In this document: in pieces, positions 37,778 to 48,564 of the stretch
Layout of the letters: each line of letters starts with the position of its first letter
Position numbering within the stretch: position 1 is the stretch's first letter
NCBI GenBank assembly: GCA_027064425.1
Contig: JAMOPO010000027.1
Location: 179,353-243,352 of the forward strand
Source of the DNA: Methanobacteriota archaeon
Lineage (GTDB): Archaea; JAADCQ01; Methanopyri; Methanopyrales; Methanopyraceae
Direction: 5' to 3'
DNA length: 64,000 bases
Notes under the pieces: generated by a model
What the model was told of the DNA's origin: nothing
Database searches by the model: none
The model's input: the letters and a program-made list of their open reading frames with translations, nothing else
Program-made: the position numbers and the translations under genes

Positions 37778-39790
37778 TTACTCCTCCTCTTCCTCCTCGC
37801 TGGTCGCCTCCTCGAGCAGTGCCTCGAGCTGCGGCATCAGCTGCTCGTCCCGGTAGTACCGCAGCTGCATGGCGCCGCTCGGACACGCCGCGGCGCACTG
37901 GCCGCAGCCCTCGCAGGCGACCTCCTCGACCTCGGCGACCTTCTTGCCGTCCTTCTCGACGATCTCGATGGCGTCGAACGGGCACACCTGCGCGCACGCG
38001 CCGCAGCCGCCGCAGACGTCCTCGTCGACGGTGGCCGTGATCAGCTCGATCTCGACCTTGCCCTGCGACATCGGGATGCTGGCCTCGCTGGCCGCACCCT
38101 TCGCCTGGGCCACCGTGTCCGGGATGTCCTTCGGACCCTGCGCTACGCCGGCGATCTGCACGCCGCGGACCTTCGTGCTGACCGGCTCCAGCTTCGGGTG
38201 CAGCTCCTTGAAGAACCCGTCCGGCGACCGGTCGATGCCCAGCATGTCGGCGAGCTTGCTGTAGGTCTCCTCCGGTGCGACCAGCGCGCAGCCGAGGACG
38301 ACCAGGTCCGCCTCGATCTCCAGCGGCTCGCCGGTGAGCGTGTCCTCGACGCGCACGATGAGGTTCTTGGTCTCCGGGTCCTCGATGATCTCCGCCGGCC
38401 GGCCGCGGATGAACCGCACGCCGAACTGCTTCTGCGCGCGCTCGTAGTACTCCTCGTAGCCCTTACCGAACGCTCGCACGTCCATGTAGCAGCAGTAGAC
38501 CTCCGCCTCCGGGTTGTGCTGCTTGATCAGCTGCGCGTTCTTGAGGATGAACATGCAGCAGATCCTGCTGCAGTACGCGTTACCCTTCTCCTCCTTGCCC
38601 GGGCACCGCGAGCCCACGCAGTGGATGAACACGATCCGCTCCGGCTCCTTGCCGTCGCTCGGCCGGATCACGTGGCCCTCCGTCGGACCCGCCGGGTTCA
38701 GCATCCGCTCGAGCTCCAGCGTGGTGATCACGTTGTCGTACTTGCCGTAGCCGTACTCCTCGAGCTGGCTCGGATCGAACTCCTCGTAGCCGGTGGCGAC
38801 GATGATCGTGCCCACCTTGAGCCGGATCTCCTCCGGCTCCTGGTCGAAGTCGATCGCCGGCGGGTCCTGCGGGCACGCCTCCTCGCACAGCCGGCACTCG
38901 ATGCAGTGCTCGCGGTCGATCGTGTAGACCAGCGGCATCGCCTGCGGGAACGGCACGTAGATCGCCTTCCTGGTGCCGATTCCGAGGTCGAACTCGTTGG
39001 GCACCTCGATCGGGCAGACCTCGGCGCAGACGCCGCAGCCCGTGCACGCCTCCTCGTCCACGTACCGCGGCTTCTTCTCGATGGTGACCTCGAAGTTGCC
39101 GATGTAACCGTCGATCTCCTTGACCTCGGCGTAGGTGATCAGCTCGATGTTCGGGTGGTTACCGACCTGCACCATCTTCGGCGCTAGGATTCACATGGCG
39201 CAGTCGTCCGTCGGGAACGTCTTCGCCAGCCGCGCCATGTTGCCGCCGATCGTCGGCTCCTTCTCGACCAGGTACACCTTGAAGCCCTGGTCCGCCAGGT
39301 CCAGCGCCGCCTGGATGCCCGCGATACCGCCACCGATGATGAGCACGCTGTCCTCGACCTCGACCTCCTTGGTGGGCACGTCCTCGAGCTTGCGCGCCCG
39401 CTCGACCGCCGCGCGGACCAGGGTCTTGGCCTTCTCCGTGGCCTTCTCCGGCTCGTCCAGGTGCACGAACGAGCAGTGCTCCCGGATGTTGACCATCTCC
39501 ATGTAGTACGGTGACAGCCCTGCCTCCTTGACGCAGTTCCTGAACGTGTTCTCGTGGATCTTCGGCGTGCAGGCGACGACCACGACGCGGTCCAGGTCGT
39601 GCTCCTTGATCGCCTCCTGGATCTTCTCCTGCCCTGGATCCGAGCAGAAGAACGGGTAGTCCGTCGCGTACACGACGCCCGGCAGCTGCTTAGCGTACTC
39701 CACGACCTCCTCGACGTCTACCACTGCCTTGATGTTGACGCCTCAGTGGCACACGAACACTCCGACCCTGACGTCGTCACTCTCGCTCAC
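37778..39790 (-). CDS. hdrA: heterodisulfide reductase subunit A, selenoprotein with two in-frame UGA (Sec16, Sec200)
   Basis: One frame joins [23 protein letters not shown] 39191-39724 ([15 protein letters not shown]) and ORF 37778-39175; GGGIAG FAD motif, ferredoxin repeats, CSRICC; SECIS downstream. Confidence 0.93.
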
Positions 39791-39903
39791 TCGTTCTCAC
39801 CCCCTTCCCGTTGTGAGAGACCCTCCCACCTCCACGCCCGCTCCCCAGCCGCGGAAACTTAAGCAGGGGTCATTGAGGAAGTTGAGAGGGGGAGCGAAAG
39901 TCC

Positions 39904-40650
39904 CTACAGGCCCGGGAGCGACAGGGGCTTCGACAGCAGCACGTAGAGCCACATTGACAGGTAATTAGCCAGGTGATCCAGCGCGCTGTTCAGCGCGCTC
40001 TCGGCGTCCCTGAAGGCGCTCTCCTCCAGCTCGTTGTTGGCCTGCTTCAGGTAGCTCTCGATCGTGTCCTTGAAGTCCTTGACCACGCTCAGCTCCTGCA
40101 GGTAGGCCTTGACGTACTCCTTAGCGGCGGCCGCGGCCACCTGCATGAGGTTGATGAGGTTGGTGTTCGGCTGCAGCGAGGCGAGGATCCCCAGGTGAAT
40201 CTGCGTGAGCGCCTTCCCGAGCTCCTGCAGCTTCTGCTGGATCACGGCCTTGAGGGCGGGCAGCGTGATCGCCACCATCAGGTCCTCCGGCCGGACCGGC
40301 TCGTGCAGCGCCCTACCGCGGAGGTAGTCCAGCACGGCCCCCACCGCGCTGGACACTGCCTGAACCAGCTCGGTGGACATGCTCTGAGCGAGGCTCAGGT
40401 ACTGACTCGGGGCGCTCGGGGCGGTCTGCCCGGTCTGCTGACCCTGCTGCGCCTGGGTCTGGGACTGCCCCTGCTGACTCTGGGCCTGGTCGGCGGTCGC
40501 CGTGTCGCCCGCACCGGCGGCCGGGGCGACCGCGGGCGCCTGGCCGACGGCGGGCTGGGCCGAGCACTGCAGCTGGGGTGCCTCGGTGGCGGCCGCGCCC
40601 GTCACCACGACCGGGATGAGCGCGAGCAGGGCGAGGATCACCGAGCGCAT
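39904..40650 (-). CDS. secreted hypothetical protein with A/Q-rich linker
   Basis: Signal peptide MRSVILALLALIPVVV, Q/A-rich segment, helical remainder. Confidence 0.65.
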   Translation of the reverse strand: MRSVILALLALIPVVVTGAAATEAPQLQCSAQPAVGQAPAVAPAAGAGDTATADQAQSQQGQSQTQAQQGQQTGQTAPSAPSQYLSLAQSMSTELVQAVSSAVGAVLDYLRGRALHEPVRPEDLMVAITLPALKAVIQQKLQELGKALTQIHLGILASLQPNTNLINLMQVAAAAAKEYVKAYLQELSVVKDFKDTIESYLKQANNELEESAFRDAESALNSALDHLANYLSMWLYVLLSKPLSLPGL

Positions 40651-40726
40651 ACCGCGGCCCCGGCGCGTAGCATCCACGATACTGTTTTAAAATTCTCTCC
40701 GCGGAGGGCGCAGGGGGTGGCTGAAC

Positions 40727-41248
40727 GTGGTGAACAGACCGGCCAGGATCTACCGGGAGTGGAAGGGCCCGGCGTACACTCGGAAGGAGTACATCAAGGG
40801 TGTGCCCGACCCGAAGATCCAGCAGTTTGACATGGGTAACCCGTCGAAGGACTTCGACGTGGAGCTGTCGCTGGTCGCGAAGGAGCGGGCGCAGGTGACG
40901 CACAACGCGCTGGAGGCGGCGCGCGTCGCGGCGAACCGGTACCTCGCGAAGACGGTCGGTCGAGACAATTACCACCTGGAGATCCGGGTGTACCCGCACC
41001 ACGTGCTGCGCGAGAACCCGCTGGCAACGGGCGCCGGTGCGGACCGAGTGCAGGAGGGCATGCGCCTGGCCTTCGGTAAGCCGATCGGCACGGCGGCCCG
41101 GGTGCGCGAGGGGCAGCGGGTCATCACCGTGCGGCTGGACCCGGAGAACTACGAGCACGGTAAGGAGGCCCTCCGGCGGGCCGGCATGAAGTTCCCGTTC
41201 CCGTTCACGATCGTGATCGACAAGGGCGAAGAGCTCGTGCAGGACTGA
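40727..41248 (+). CDS. rpl10e: 50S ribosomal protein L10e (uL16)
   Basis: [32 protein letters not shown]...GMR.AFGKP.G.AARV. Confidence 0.97.
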   Translation: MVNRPARIYREWKGPAYTRKEYIKGVPDPKIQQFDMGNPSKDFDVELSLVAKERAQVTHNALEAARVAANRYLAKTVGRDNYHLEIRVYPHHVLRENPLATGAGADRVQEGMRLAFGKPIGTAARVREGQRVITVRLDPENYEHGKEALRRAGMKFPFPFTIVIDKGEELVQD

Positions 41249-41254
41249 CGGGGC

Positions 41255-43576
41255 GTGCCGACCGTGGAGTACGTCAAGTGGTTTGAGGAGATCTCCAAGG
41301 ACGACGTTGACGTCGCCGGCGGCAAGGGCGCCAACCTGGGCGAGATGACGCAGGCCGGCCTCCCCGTCCCGCCCGGCTTCGTCGTGACCGCGGACGCGTA
41401 CGAGAAGTTCCTGGAGGAGACCGGCCTGCGCGAGAAGATCCGCGAGATCCTAGAGTCGCACGACCTCTCCGACGACAAGGAGCTCCGGGAGGCGGCGGAG
41501 GAGGTTCAGCGGCTGATCGTGGAGGCGGAGATGCCGGAGGAGATCCGGGAGGAGATCGTCCGGGCTTACCGGGAGCTGTGCGAGAAGGTGGGCAAGGACG
41601 AGGAGTTCGTGGCCGTGCGCTCCTCGGCCACCGCGGAGGACCTGCCCGAGGCCTCGTTCGCGGGTCAGCAGGACACGTACCTGAACGTGAAGGGCGAGGA
41701 AGAGGTCGTTAAGCACGTGCAGAAGTGCTGGGCCTCGCTGTTCAACCCGCGGGCGATCGCGTACCGGGAGGAGCAGGGCTTCGACCACTTCGACGTCTCG
41801 ATCGCGGTCGTGGTGCAGAAGATGGTCGACGCGGACAAGGCGGGCGTGATGTTCACCGTCAACCCGCACACGGGCGACCGTGATAAGCTGGTCATCGAGG
41901 CGGCCTGGGGCCTGGGAGAGGCCGTCGTGAGCGGCGAGGTCACCCCGGACACGTACATCGTCGACAAGAGCTCGTTCGAGGTGATCGAGGAGCAGGTCTC
42001 GGAGCAGGAGTGGATGTACACGCGGGACCCGGAGACGGGGGAGACGAAGAAGGTCGAGGTGCCGGAGGACAAGCGGTCGGAGCGGAAGCTCACGGACGAG
42101 GAGATCAAGGAGCTGGCGAAGACGGGCGTGGCGATCGAGGAGCACTACGGCTTCCCGCAGGACATCGAGTGGGCGATCGAGGACGGGGAGGTGTACATCC
42201 TGCAGTCGCGGCCGGTGACCACGCTCCGAGAGGAGGAAGAGGAGGAGAAGGAGGAGGTTGAGGCCGAGGCGGAGGGTGAGGTGCTCGTTCGCGGGCTGGG
42301 TGCGAGCCCGGGCGTGGGCGTCGGTCGGGTCAAGGTCGTCATGGACGTGGACGAGATCGACAAGGTGGAGGAGGGTGACGTCCTCGTCACGAAGATGACC
42401 ACGCCGGACATGGTCCCGGCGATGCGCAAGGCGGCCGCGATCGTGACGGACGAGGGTGGCATCACCTGCCACGCGGCGATCGTGTCGCGGGAGCTCGGCA
42501 TCCCGTGCGTGGTCGGCACCGGGAACGCGACGGAGGTGCTGGAGGACGGGCAGCTGGTCACGGTGGACGGGGAGAAGGGCGTCGTCTACGAGGGCGACGT
42601 GAGCGCGGAGCTGGGTGAGGAGGAGGCCGAGGCGGAGGAAGAGGAGAAGGAGGTCGTGGTCGAGCGGGCCGCGTACGAGCCCGTGACGGCCACGGAGATC
42701 AAGGTGAACGTGAGCATGCCGGAGGCGGCGGAGCGGGCGGCCGAGACCGGCGCGGACGGCGTGGGCCTGCTCCGGATCGAGCACATGATCCTGGGCATCG
42801 GCGTGCACCCGCGCAAGCTCATCGAGGAGGGTGAGCGGGAGCGGCTGGTCGAGTCCCTGGTGGACGGCATCCGGAAGGTGGCGGACGCGTTCTACCCGAA
42901 GCCGGTCTGGGTCCGGACGCTGGACGCGCCGACCGACGAGTTCCGCGAGCTGGAGGGCGGCGAGCGGGAGCCGGAGGAGGCGAACCCGATGCTCGGCTGG
43001 CGCGGCATCCGGCGGGACCTGGAGGAGCGCGAGATGCTGGAGTGCCAGTTCGAGGCGATCCGGCGGCTGTACGAGGAGGGCTACGACAATCTAGGCGTGA
43101 TGATCCCGCTCGTTCAGCACCCGGAGGAGCTGCGGCGCGCCAAGAGGATCGCCCGGGACGTCGGGCTCAAGCCGCACCGGCACGTCGAGTTCGGCATGAT
43201 GGTCGAGACGCCGGCCGCCGCCGTGCTCATCGACGAGTTCATCAAGGAGAAGCTGGACTTCGTCAGCCTGGGCACGAACGACCTGACCCAGTACACGCTC
43301 GCCGTGGACCGGAACAACGACAAGGTCGCGCACCTGTACGACGAGAAGCACCCGGCCGTCCTCAGGCTGATCAAGCGCGTGATTCGGGAGTGCAAGGAGG
43401 CGGGCGTGCAGACCAGCATCTGCGGGCAGGCGGGCAGCGACCCGCGCATGGCCGAGATCCTCGTGCGCGCGGGCATCGACAGCATCTCGGCCAACATCGA
43501 TGCGGTGCCGAAGATCCGGCGGATCGTGGCGCGCGTGGAGCGCAAGATCCTGCTGGACCAGATCCGGGGCTCCTGA
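41255..43576 (+). CDS. ppsA: phosphoenolpyruvate synthase
   Basis: GGKGANLGE, VRSSATAEDLP.ASFAGQQ, GG.TCHAAIVSRE, ADGVGLLR, GTNDLTQ, SICGQ. Confidence 0.97.
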   Translation: MPTVEYVKWFEEISKDDVDVAGGKGANLGEMTQAGLPVPPGFVVTADAYEKFLEETGLREKIREILESHDLSDDKELREAAEEVQRLIVEAEMPEEIREEIVRAYRELCEKVGKDEEFVAVRSSATAEDLPEASFAGQQDTYLNVKGEEEVVKHVQKCWASLFNPRAIAYREEQGFDHFDVSIAVVVQKMVDADKAGVMFTVNPHTGDRDKLVIEAAWGLGEAVVSGEVTPDTYIVDKSSFEVIEEQVSEQEWMYTRDPETGETKKVEVPEDKRSERKLTDEEIKELAKTGVAIEEHYGFPQDIEWAIEDGEVYILQSRPVTTLREEEEEEKEEVEAEAEGEVLVRGLGASPGVGVGRVKVVMDVDEIDKVEEGDVLVTKMTTPDMVPAMRKAAAIVTDEGGITCHAAIVSRELGIPCVVGTGNATEVLEDGQLVTVDGEKGVVYEGDVSAELGEEEAEAEEEEKEVVVERAAYEPVTATEIKVNVSMPEAAERAAETGADGVGLLRIEHMILGIGVHPRKLIEEGERERLVESLVDGIRKVADAFYPKPVWVRTLDAPTDEFRELEGGEREPEEANPMLGWRGIRRDLEEREMLECQFEAIRRLYEEGYDNLGVMIPLVQHPEELRRAKRIARDVGLKPHRHVEFGMMVETPAAAVLIDEFIKEKLDFVSLGTNDLTQYTLAVDRNNDKVAHLYDEKHPAVLRLIKRVIRECKEAGVQTSICGQAGSDPRMAEILVRAGIDSISANIDAVPKIRRIVARVERKILLDQIRGS

Positions 43577-43582
43577 CGCCCC

Positions 43583-44296
43583 TTGTCCTCCCATCTTTTG
43601 GACTCCCTCTCCCGCCTCGGCCTCTCCGAGCGGGAGGCCCGCGCCTACTTATTTCTGCTGAAAAACGGCGAGTCGACCGCGCGCGAGGTCAGCGAGGGCA
43701 CCGGCATCCCGATCTCGAAGGTCTACTCCGTGCTGAAATCCCTGGAGAAGAAAGGCTGGGTGACCGTGAAGCGCTCCTCCAGACCGGCCCGTTACGCCCC
43801 CGTCAACCCGGAGGTCGCCGTCGAGCGGGCCGTCGAGCGGGAGCTGGAGCGCAAGCGAGAGGAGCTCGAGGAGCAGGCCAGGCGCGCGCTGAGGGAGCTC
43901 GCCGAGTCCTACGCCTCGCACCGGAAAACGGTGGCGCAGGTGTACGAGGGGGAGCCCGCCAAAGACACGCTCAGAAGGACGCTCCGGCTGGCGCGCGAGG
44001 TCTGCGGGATCGTTCACGTCGGGAAAACCCTCCCGGACTGGCTGGTCCGAGACCTCTCGCGGGTCTCGGGACCACTGATCGTGCGCTGCGAGTCCGACCC
44101 CCCGCTCGAGCACCCGAGGATGGTCGTGAGGAGGCCGGGGCTGGAGGTCGACACCACGGTCCTCACGCTGGCGGTCGACCGAGGTGAGCTCATGCTGGCC
44201 CGGCTGGGCGAGCCGAACTACCTCCTGCTGGTTCGGGAGCCGATCGCCGCGGAGGGGCTCCGGAGCGTGGTGATCAAGACCTTAGAAGAGTCCTGA
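43583..44296 (+). CDS. TrmB family transcriptional regulator
   Basis: LGLS..EA.AY..LL, TA.EVS..TGIP.SKVY.VL.SL..KGWV, RP.RY.PV.P wHTH. Confidence 0.88.
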   Translation: MSSHLLDSLSRLGLSEREARAYLFLLKNGESTAREVSEGTGIPISKVYSVLKSLEKKGWVTVKRSSRPARYAPVNPEVAVERAVERELERKREELEEQARRALRELAESYASHRKTVAQVYEGEPAKDTLRRTLRLAREVCGIVHVGKTLPDWLVRDLSRVSGPLIVRCESDPPLEHPRMVVRRPGLEVDTTVLTLAVDRGELMLARLGEPNYLLLVREPIAAEGLRSVVIKTLEES

Positions 44297-44789
44297 CGGC
44301 CTCGGACAGCACGCTCCGAGGCAGGACCTCCCGGCCCACCGCCGTGAGGAGGACCTCCAGCTTGTCCGCCCACCACACGCACCAGTCGAGCCGGGTTCTC
44401 GGCGGCGGGCTGAACGGGAACATGTGCCGCCGCACCGCCGCGACGATGGCCCTCCCCTCACCCTCCCGGGCCAGCAGGTCCGCTCCGGTCTTCCAGTGGC
44501 AGACCCCGCAGTGACCGCCGGGATCCAGCCGGCAGAGCGGGCATCCTCGGATCCCGTAGCCGACGTCGTGAAGGAGTCCCGCCCGGACCGCCGTGAGCTC
44601 GTCCACGCCCAGCACCCGGGCCAGCCGCCAGCACAGGTACGCGGTCTTAACGCAGTGCTCGAGCCGCGTGTCGCCCCGGTGGCCGCGGGTACGGTGCAGC
44701 TCCCTCAACCGGTCCCGGAGGGCGTCCGACAGCTCCTCGGAGGTGCGGGCGAGGAGGTCCAGGAAGCGCCCGTATCGTTTCGATTCCAA
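44274..44789 (-). CDS. HD domain protein
   Basis: H...T.LEHC, AGLLHD, RRHMFP, ADK; extra CxxC...CxxC. Confidence 0.8.
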   Translation of the reverse strand: MESKRYGRFLDLLARTSEELSDALRDRLRELHRTRGHRGDTRLEHCVKTAYLCWRLARVLGVDELTAVRAGLLHDVGYGIRGCPLCRLDPGGHCGVCHWKTGADLLAREGEGRAIVAAVRRHMFPFSPPPRTRLDWCVWWADKLEVLLTAVGREVLPRSVLSEAVRTLLRS

Positions 44790-44797
44790 TAACGTTT
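44773..44797. promoter_or_regulatory. CGTTW-N9-TAACG palindromic element, copy 4 (degenerate)
   Basis: TATCGTTT-cgattccaa-TAACGTTT, 13 nt downstream of the ef1b stop and overlapping the HD gene start. Confidence 0.55.
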
Positions 44798-44810
44798 CAC
44801 CCTGGGGAGG

Positions 44811-45089
44811 CTAGAGGGTTCGGCTCGCGGACACGACCTCGACCTGCTTGACGTCGTCGATCTCCTTGAGCGTCTCCTCGAGCCGGTCGGTCCCGCCCTC
44901 GGCGTCCGGTACGACCACCTTGACCCTGATCGCCTTCAGCCCGAAGGCGATGGGCTCCTCGTCGATGCCCTCGATCGACTCGACGATGTCCAGCCCCTCC
45001 AGCTTCTCACGGACCGTTTCCGCGAGCTCCTCGTAGTCGACCTCCGGGCTCTCCGGCAGCACCTTCAGGTCGACCATGACCTTGGACAC
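44811..45089 (-). CDS. ef1b: elongation factor 1-beta
   Basis: [23 protein letters not shown]. Confidence 0.93.
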   Translation of the reverse strand: MSKVMVDLKVLPESPEVDYEELAETVREKLEGLDIVESIEGIDEEPIAFGLKAIRVKVVVPDAEGGTDRLEETLKEIDDVKQVEVVSASRTL

Positions 45090-45102
45090 CGCCGCTCACC
45101 CC

Positions 45103-45435
45103 CTACGGGCCGATGAACCCACAGTTCGGGCACTGGTACCGGTTGCCGAGCCGCCGGCACTTCTGGCACCGGGTGATCACGACCTCACCGCACTTCGGGC
45201 ACGGGTGCGACACGGCCCGCTCGCCCGGAGCGATGGGACCACCGCAGGCGGAGCACACGGCGTAATCGCTGCGCTCGATCCGGCCGGCCTCCGTCATCTC
45301 GACTTTCTCCGCGGCCTCCTCGATGAGCTCCTCGCGGGTCTTGCCGCCGATCTCCTTCATCTCCTCGGCGGTCGCGCGCCTCACGCCGACCTCCTCATCC
45401 TCCCGCTCCTCCTCTTCCCGCTCCTCCTCCGCCAA
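45103..45435 (-). CDS. Zn-ribbon protein (DUF1610-like) with acidic N-terminal extension
   Basis: CSACG, CPKCG, RCQKCR, Y.CPNCGF.GP; conserved neighbour of ef1b. Confidence 0.85.
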   Translation of the reverse strand: MAEEEREEEEREDEEVGVRRATAEEMKEIGGKTREELIEEAAEKVEMTEAGRIERSDYAVCSACGGPIAPGERAVSHPCPKCGEVVITRCQKCRRLGNRYQCPNCGFIGP

Positions 45436-45487
45436 AGCGAGGACCCCGCCCGGGTCCGGCCCGCTGACTCGATAAATTTGTCGTGGG

Positions 45488-45721
45488 CTAGCCGCCCTTC
45501 CGGATGTAAATGACGAAGTGGTCGCCTTCCTCCTCCACCTCCAGCACCTCGTGCCCGTTCTCCTCCGCGAAGCGACGAATGTTGTCTTTCGCGGGCGGGT
45601 AGTCGCAGACCACCTTCAGCACCTCACCCTCGTCCATCTCCTCGAGCTTCTTTCGGGTTTCAAGCACGGGCATAGGGCAAACCTTACCGCGGACGTCGAG
45701 CTCGCGGTCGCACTCCACCAC
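45488..45721 (-). CDS. TusA/SirA sulfur carrier
   Basis: LDVRGKVCPMPV, GE.L.V..D, I.K; GTG start inferred. Confidence 0.9.
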   Translation of the reverse strand: MVECDRELDVRGKVCPMPVLETRKKLEEMDEGEVLKVVCDYPPAKDNIRRFAEENGHEVLEVEEEGDHFVIYIRKGG

Positions 45722-46707
45722 GCCCGGGTGACCCCCTACCGTGCCTCTCGCGGCGGGGTTCTGAAGCCTTGCTCTCTGCGGGCCCGATGGCCATTCGAGC
45801 CGTAGATAACCCCCGTACCGCGTAGGCCGTCGGCGGAGGAACGGGGGCCGGTGATCTCGGCTCGGAGCGGGTGACCGAAGGTCGGCAGACGTGGACGCCC
45901 GTGGGGGTTCGTCCGAGGTGGACTGAAGCGGCACGACGATGTTGGAGGCGCGGTCGGGGGATCAGCATTCCAGGGTCAGGAGGACCGGACGGAGGCGTTG
46001 GGGCCGTGGCTGACGTTCGTTAGGAACGCTTGCGACGACCTGGGAGGATGCATGGCTGGTACGCGGGGTTCAGGGACGCGCGTGCGGTGGTACCGTCGTA
46101 TAGGTGAGGAACGGGTGAGGGTCGGGTGCTGGCTCGAGCAGGTGATCCCGTTCAGGAAGTTTGCCTGAAGATTCGCCGGTTAGGGGTCACCCCTGGGTCG
46201 CCCGGGGGCGATCGCGTCCTGCGGTGTCGTGGAGCGTTCGCGGCGGGCACGGGAGCTGAACGAGGACCCGCGGGGGCGCGTGAAGGAGGTGAGGGGGCTG
46301 GGGGCCGAGGATCCTTATTCTCGGGGCGGAGGTCGGTGACGTGCTCCCGTTCGGCCCGGGGCGCCTCCTCTCCCGGCTTCGAGGTCCCCGAGGGCCACGG
46401 GGGTAGCTCGGACGCAGTGGTGCTGTAGCGCTCCCCGGCGTCTCTCGAGCACGGTCGGTCACGACGGGGGCCGGTCCGGGAGGCCGGGGTCTAGCTCGCT
46501 CGGCGCTCTCTCCCGGGCGGCACTTACGCTGCCTCGAGCCCAGTCCGTCACGTGGTCCGCGAGGGGGCCGTCGTCCACTATCGCATCCTTCAAGTACGGG
46601 CCCGCGTCCACCCCGCGAGACGAGCGTCGAGTGGTCGGTCGGTCACCTCCGTGCGGAGTGCGCCCCGTCCCGGACCCGTGCGCCATCGACCCGTCGGGGG
46701 GTGAGCG

Positions 46708-48033
46708 TTGCGAGCGCTGGCCGTCCTTCTCGCCCTGGCGGCCTGCGCGGCCCCGGCGGCAGCGATTAACCCGGACTTTGAGCAGGTCCTGCAGCGGATC
46801 AGCCGGGACCCCGCCTTCCAGGGCAGGGAGATCGTGATCATCTACGAGAAGGACGGCTTCCATCTGGAGGGTAAGCTGAAGATCTCCTACGCTGGGGTTC
46901 AGGAGCGGGACCTGGACCTGGGTAAATCGATGGAAGACCTGCTGCGGTTCTCGACCGATCTGAAGCCCGTCGCGCGCACGCTGGCGGAGCGGTGCAACAA
47001 GCCTGAGCTGAGGCAGCTGATCGACCTCGTCAGCGAGCATCGGGACCTGCTCGAGCAGGTCGCTAAGCGGCTGGAGGGGAAGAAGGTGAGAGTCGCCGCG
47101 TGCACGTTCAGGCTGGACATGTGGTGCACGGAGGTCCGAGGAACGCCGCCGAGTGACCTACCGTCCGTGCTGAGGGAGCTGGTGGAGAGGGGGGAGGTTC
47201 ACCGGGAGTACACGCTCCCGTACCCGGAGATTCACATCTACGTGCTGGCCGGCGCGAAGCGACTGGACGGGCTTATCGGCCTGCCAGTTCGACTGGCCTG
47301 GTCGTACGACTATCCGGCCGGGGGCGTGGAGGTCCTGGTCGACCCGGTGCGTCGGGAGGTCACGTTCCGGGCCGGCGAGCGGACGTACAACCTGGTGGTC
47401 GTGCTGCTGGAGTACCTCGGCGACGTCGTGAAGCTGCTCCAAAGGAAGATCCGAAGCGTTAGGGAGGTGCTAAGGATCCTCAGGGAGACGCGGCTGCGGA
47501 TCCTGACCCGGTCGGTGGGTGGCGAGGTGACCGTACGCGGGCTGCCGCTGTGGGTGAACAAGGGGGCGGTCGTCGTCGCGTACTTCGCGGGGACCAACCC
47601 CTTCAACGGTGTCGCGGCGTCTCGAGCGGCCGCCGCGGTGGGTAGTAACCCGATGGTGGTCAAGCTCGGGCCGGCCGACGTCCGGGTGGAGGCGCACGGT
47701 AGGGCGCTGACCATCGAGGGCGCGGCGCGCGGCGGACTGTTGGTCGTGTACGGGATGGGGATCCCGGGTAACCGGCTGCAGGTCTCGTCCACGGTCAGCG
47801 CGCTGGACCTGGCGGAACGGCTGGGGGTCGTTCGGCTCCCACCGATCATCGGGTGGCTCCTGCGGTTGATCCTGCGGCCGCTGGCCGGCACGGTGACCTT
47901 CTGCTACGCGCCGAGCTTCCAGGGTAAGGTCACCCTGGAGGCGCGAGGGTTCCCGGTGTGGTCGGTGGTCGCGCTGGTGGGGCTGTGGTTCACTCTGCGT
48001 CCACGGACGCGGCGCGGGTCAGCAGCCGCTTGA
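46708..48033 (+). CDS. secreted, C-terminally anchored hypothetical protein
   Basis: Signal peptide MRALAVLLALAACAAPAAA; C-terminal TM plus basic tail. Confidence 0.7.
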   Translation: MRALAVLLALAACAAPAAAINPDFEQVLQRISRDPAFQGREIVIIYEKDGFHLEGKLKISYAGVQERDLDLGKSMEDLLRFSTDLKPVARTLAERCNKPELRQLIDLVSEHRDLLEQVAKRLEGKKVRVAACTFRLDMWCTEVRGTPPSDLPSVLRELVERGEVHREYTLPYPEIHIYVLAGAKRLDGLIGLPVRLAWSYDYPAGGVEVLVDPVRREVTFRAGERTYNLVVVLLEYLGDVVKLLQRKIRSVREVLRILRETRLRILTRSVGGEVTVRGLPLWVNKGAVVVAYFAGTNPFNGVAASRAAAAVGSNPMVVKLGPADVRVEAHGRALTIEGAARGGLLVVYGMGIPGNRLQVSSTVSALDLAERLGVVRLPPIIGWLLRLILRPLAGTVTFCYAPSFQGKVTLEARGFPVWSVVALVGLWFTLRPRTRRGSAAA

Positions 48034-48430
48034 AGTCGTCCCGTTCGGGGAACTCCTCCAGGCACTCCTCGGACGCTTCCTCGACCTTTTCCACTCCCTC
48101 CTCCACTCGCTCCTTCTTCCTGGAGGCGACGACGGCCATGAAGGTGCGGTCCGGGGCTGCCTTCTTCACGGCCTCCGAGATCTGTCGGGTTCCGAGGAGC
48201 CGTAGCAGGAACTCGAGGTCGAGGGATCGGGCCAGGTTCTTCCCCTCCTCGTGCGCGCGTATGGCTCGGACCGCGGCGGAGGCGGCGAGCCGGTGGTCGG
48301 CGAACTCGCGGGACACCGCCTGGAGGATCGTGTCGGGAACGCTCGTCTCAATGATCTCCTCCGGGTCGCCCCGTCGGAGGGAGCAGTGGAGGTAGAGCTC
48401 TCCGGACCAGTGCTCGAGCCGGCGGATCAA
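47990..48430 (-). CDS. cgi121: KEOPS complex subunit Cgi121
   Basis: A..AIRA...G.NLARSL.LE.L..L.GTRQISEA. Confidence 0.85.
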   Translation of the reverse strand: MIRRLEHWSGELYLHCSLRRGDPEEIIETSVPDTILQAVSREFADHRLAASAAVRAIRAHEEGKNLARSLDLEFLLRLLGTRQISEAVKKAAPDRTFMAVVASRKKERVEEGVEKVEEASEECLEEFPERDDFKRLLTRAASVDAE

Positions 48431-48483
48431 GGCGGGGCTCCCCTGAAAAGACTAATTTACGGCGCGGGCTCGGGGACCCGGCA

Positions 48484-48564
48484 GGCCCGGGCCCAGCCGG
48501 CGGTCGGGAGGCGGGAGTTCCCCCGTGCGATGACCGGCCGACGCCAGCCACCCGGGCCACAGCG
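48484..48564 (+). ncRNA. H/ACA-like sRNA candidate
   Basis: GGCCCGGG/CCCGGGCC basal stem followed by ACA, internal GA...GATGA K-turn; AT-rich TATA-like stretch at about 48446-48459. Confidence 0.55.

Noticed and set aside
37778-39724. hdrA as two separate ORFs or a pseudogene
   Set aside because: Both interruptions are in-frame TGA at conserved Cys positions with a SECIS downstream, so this is Sec recoding.
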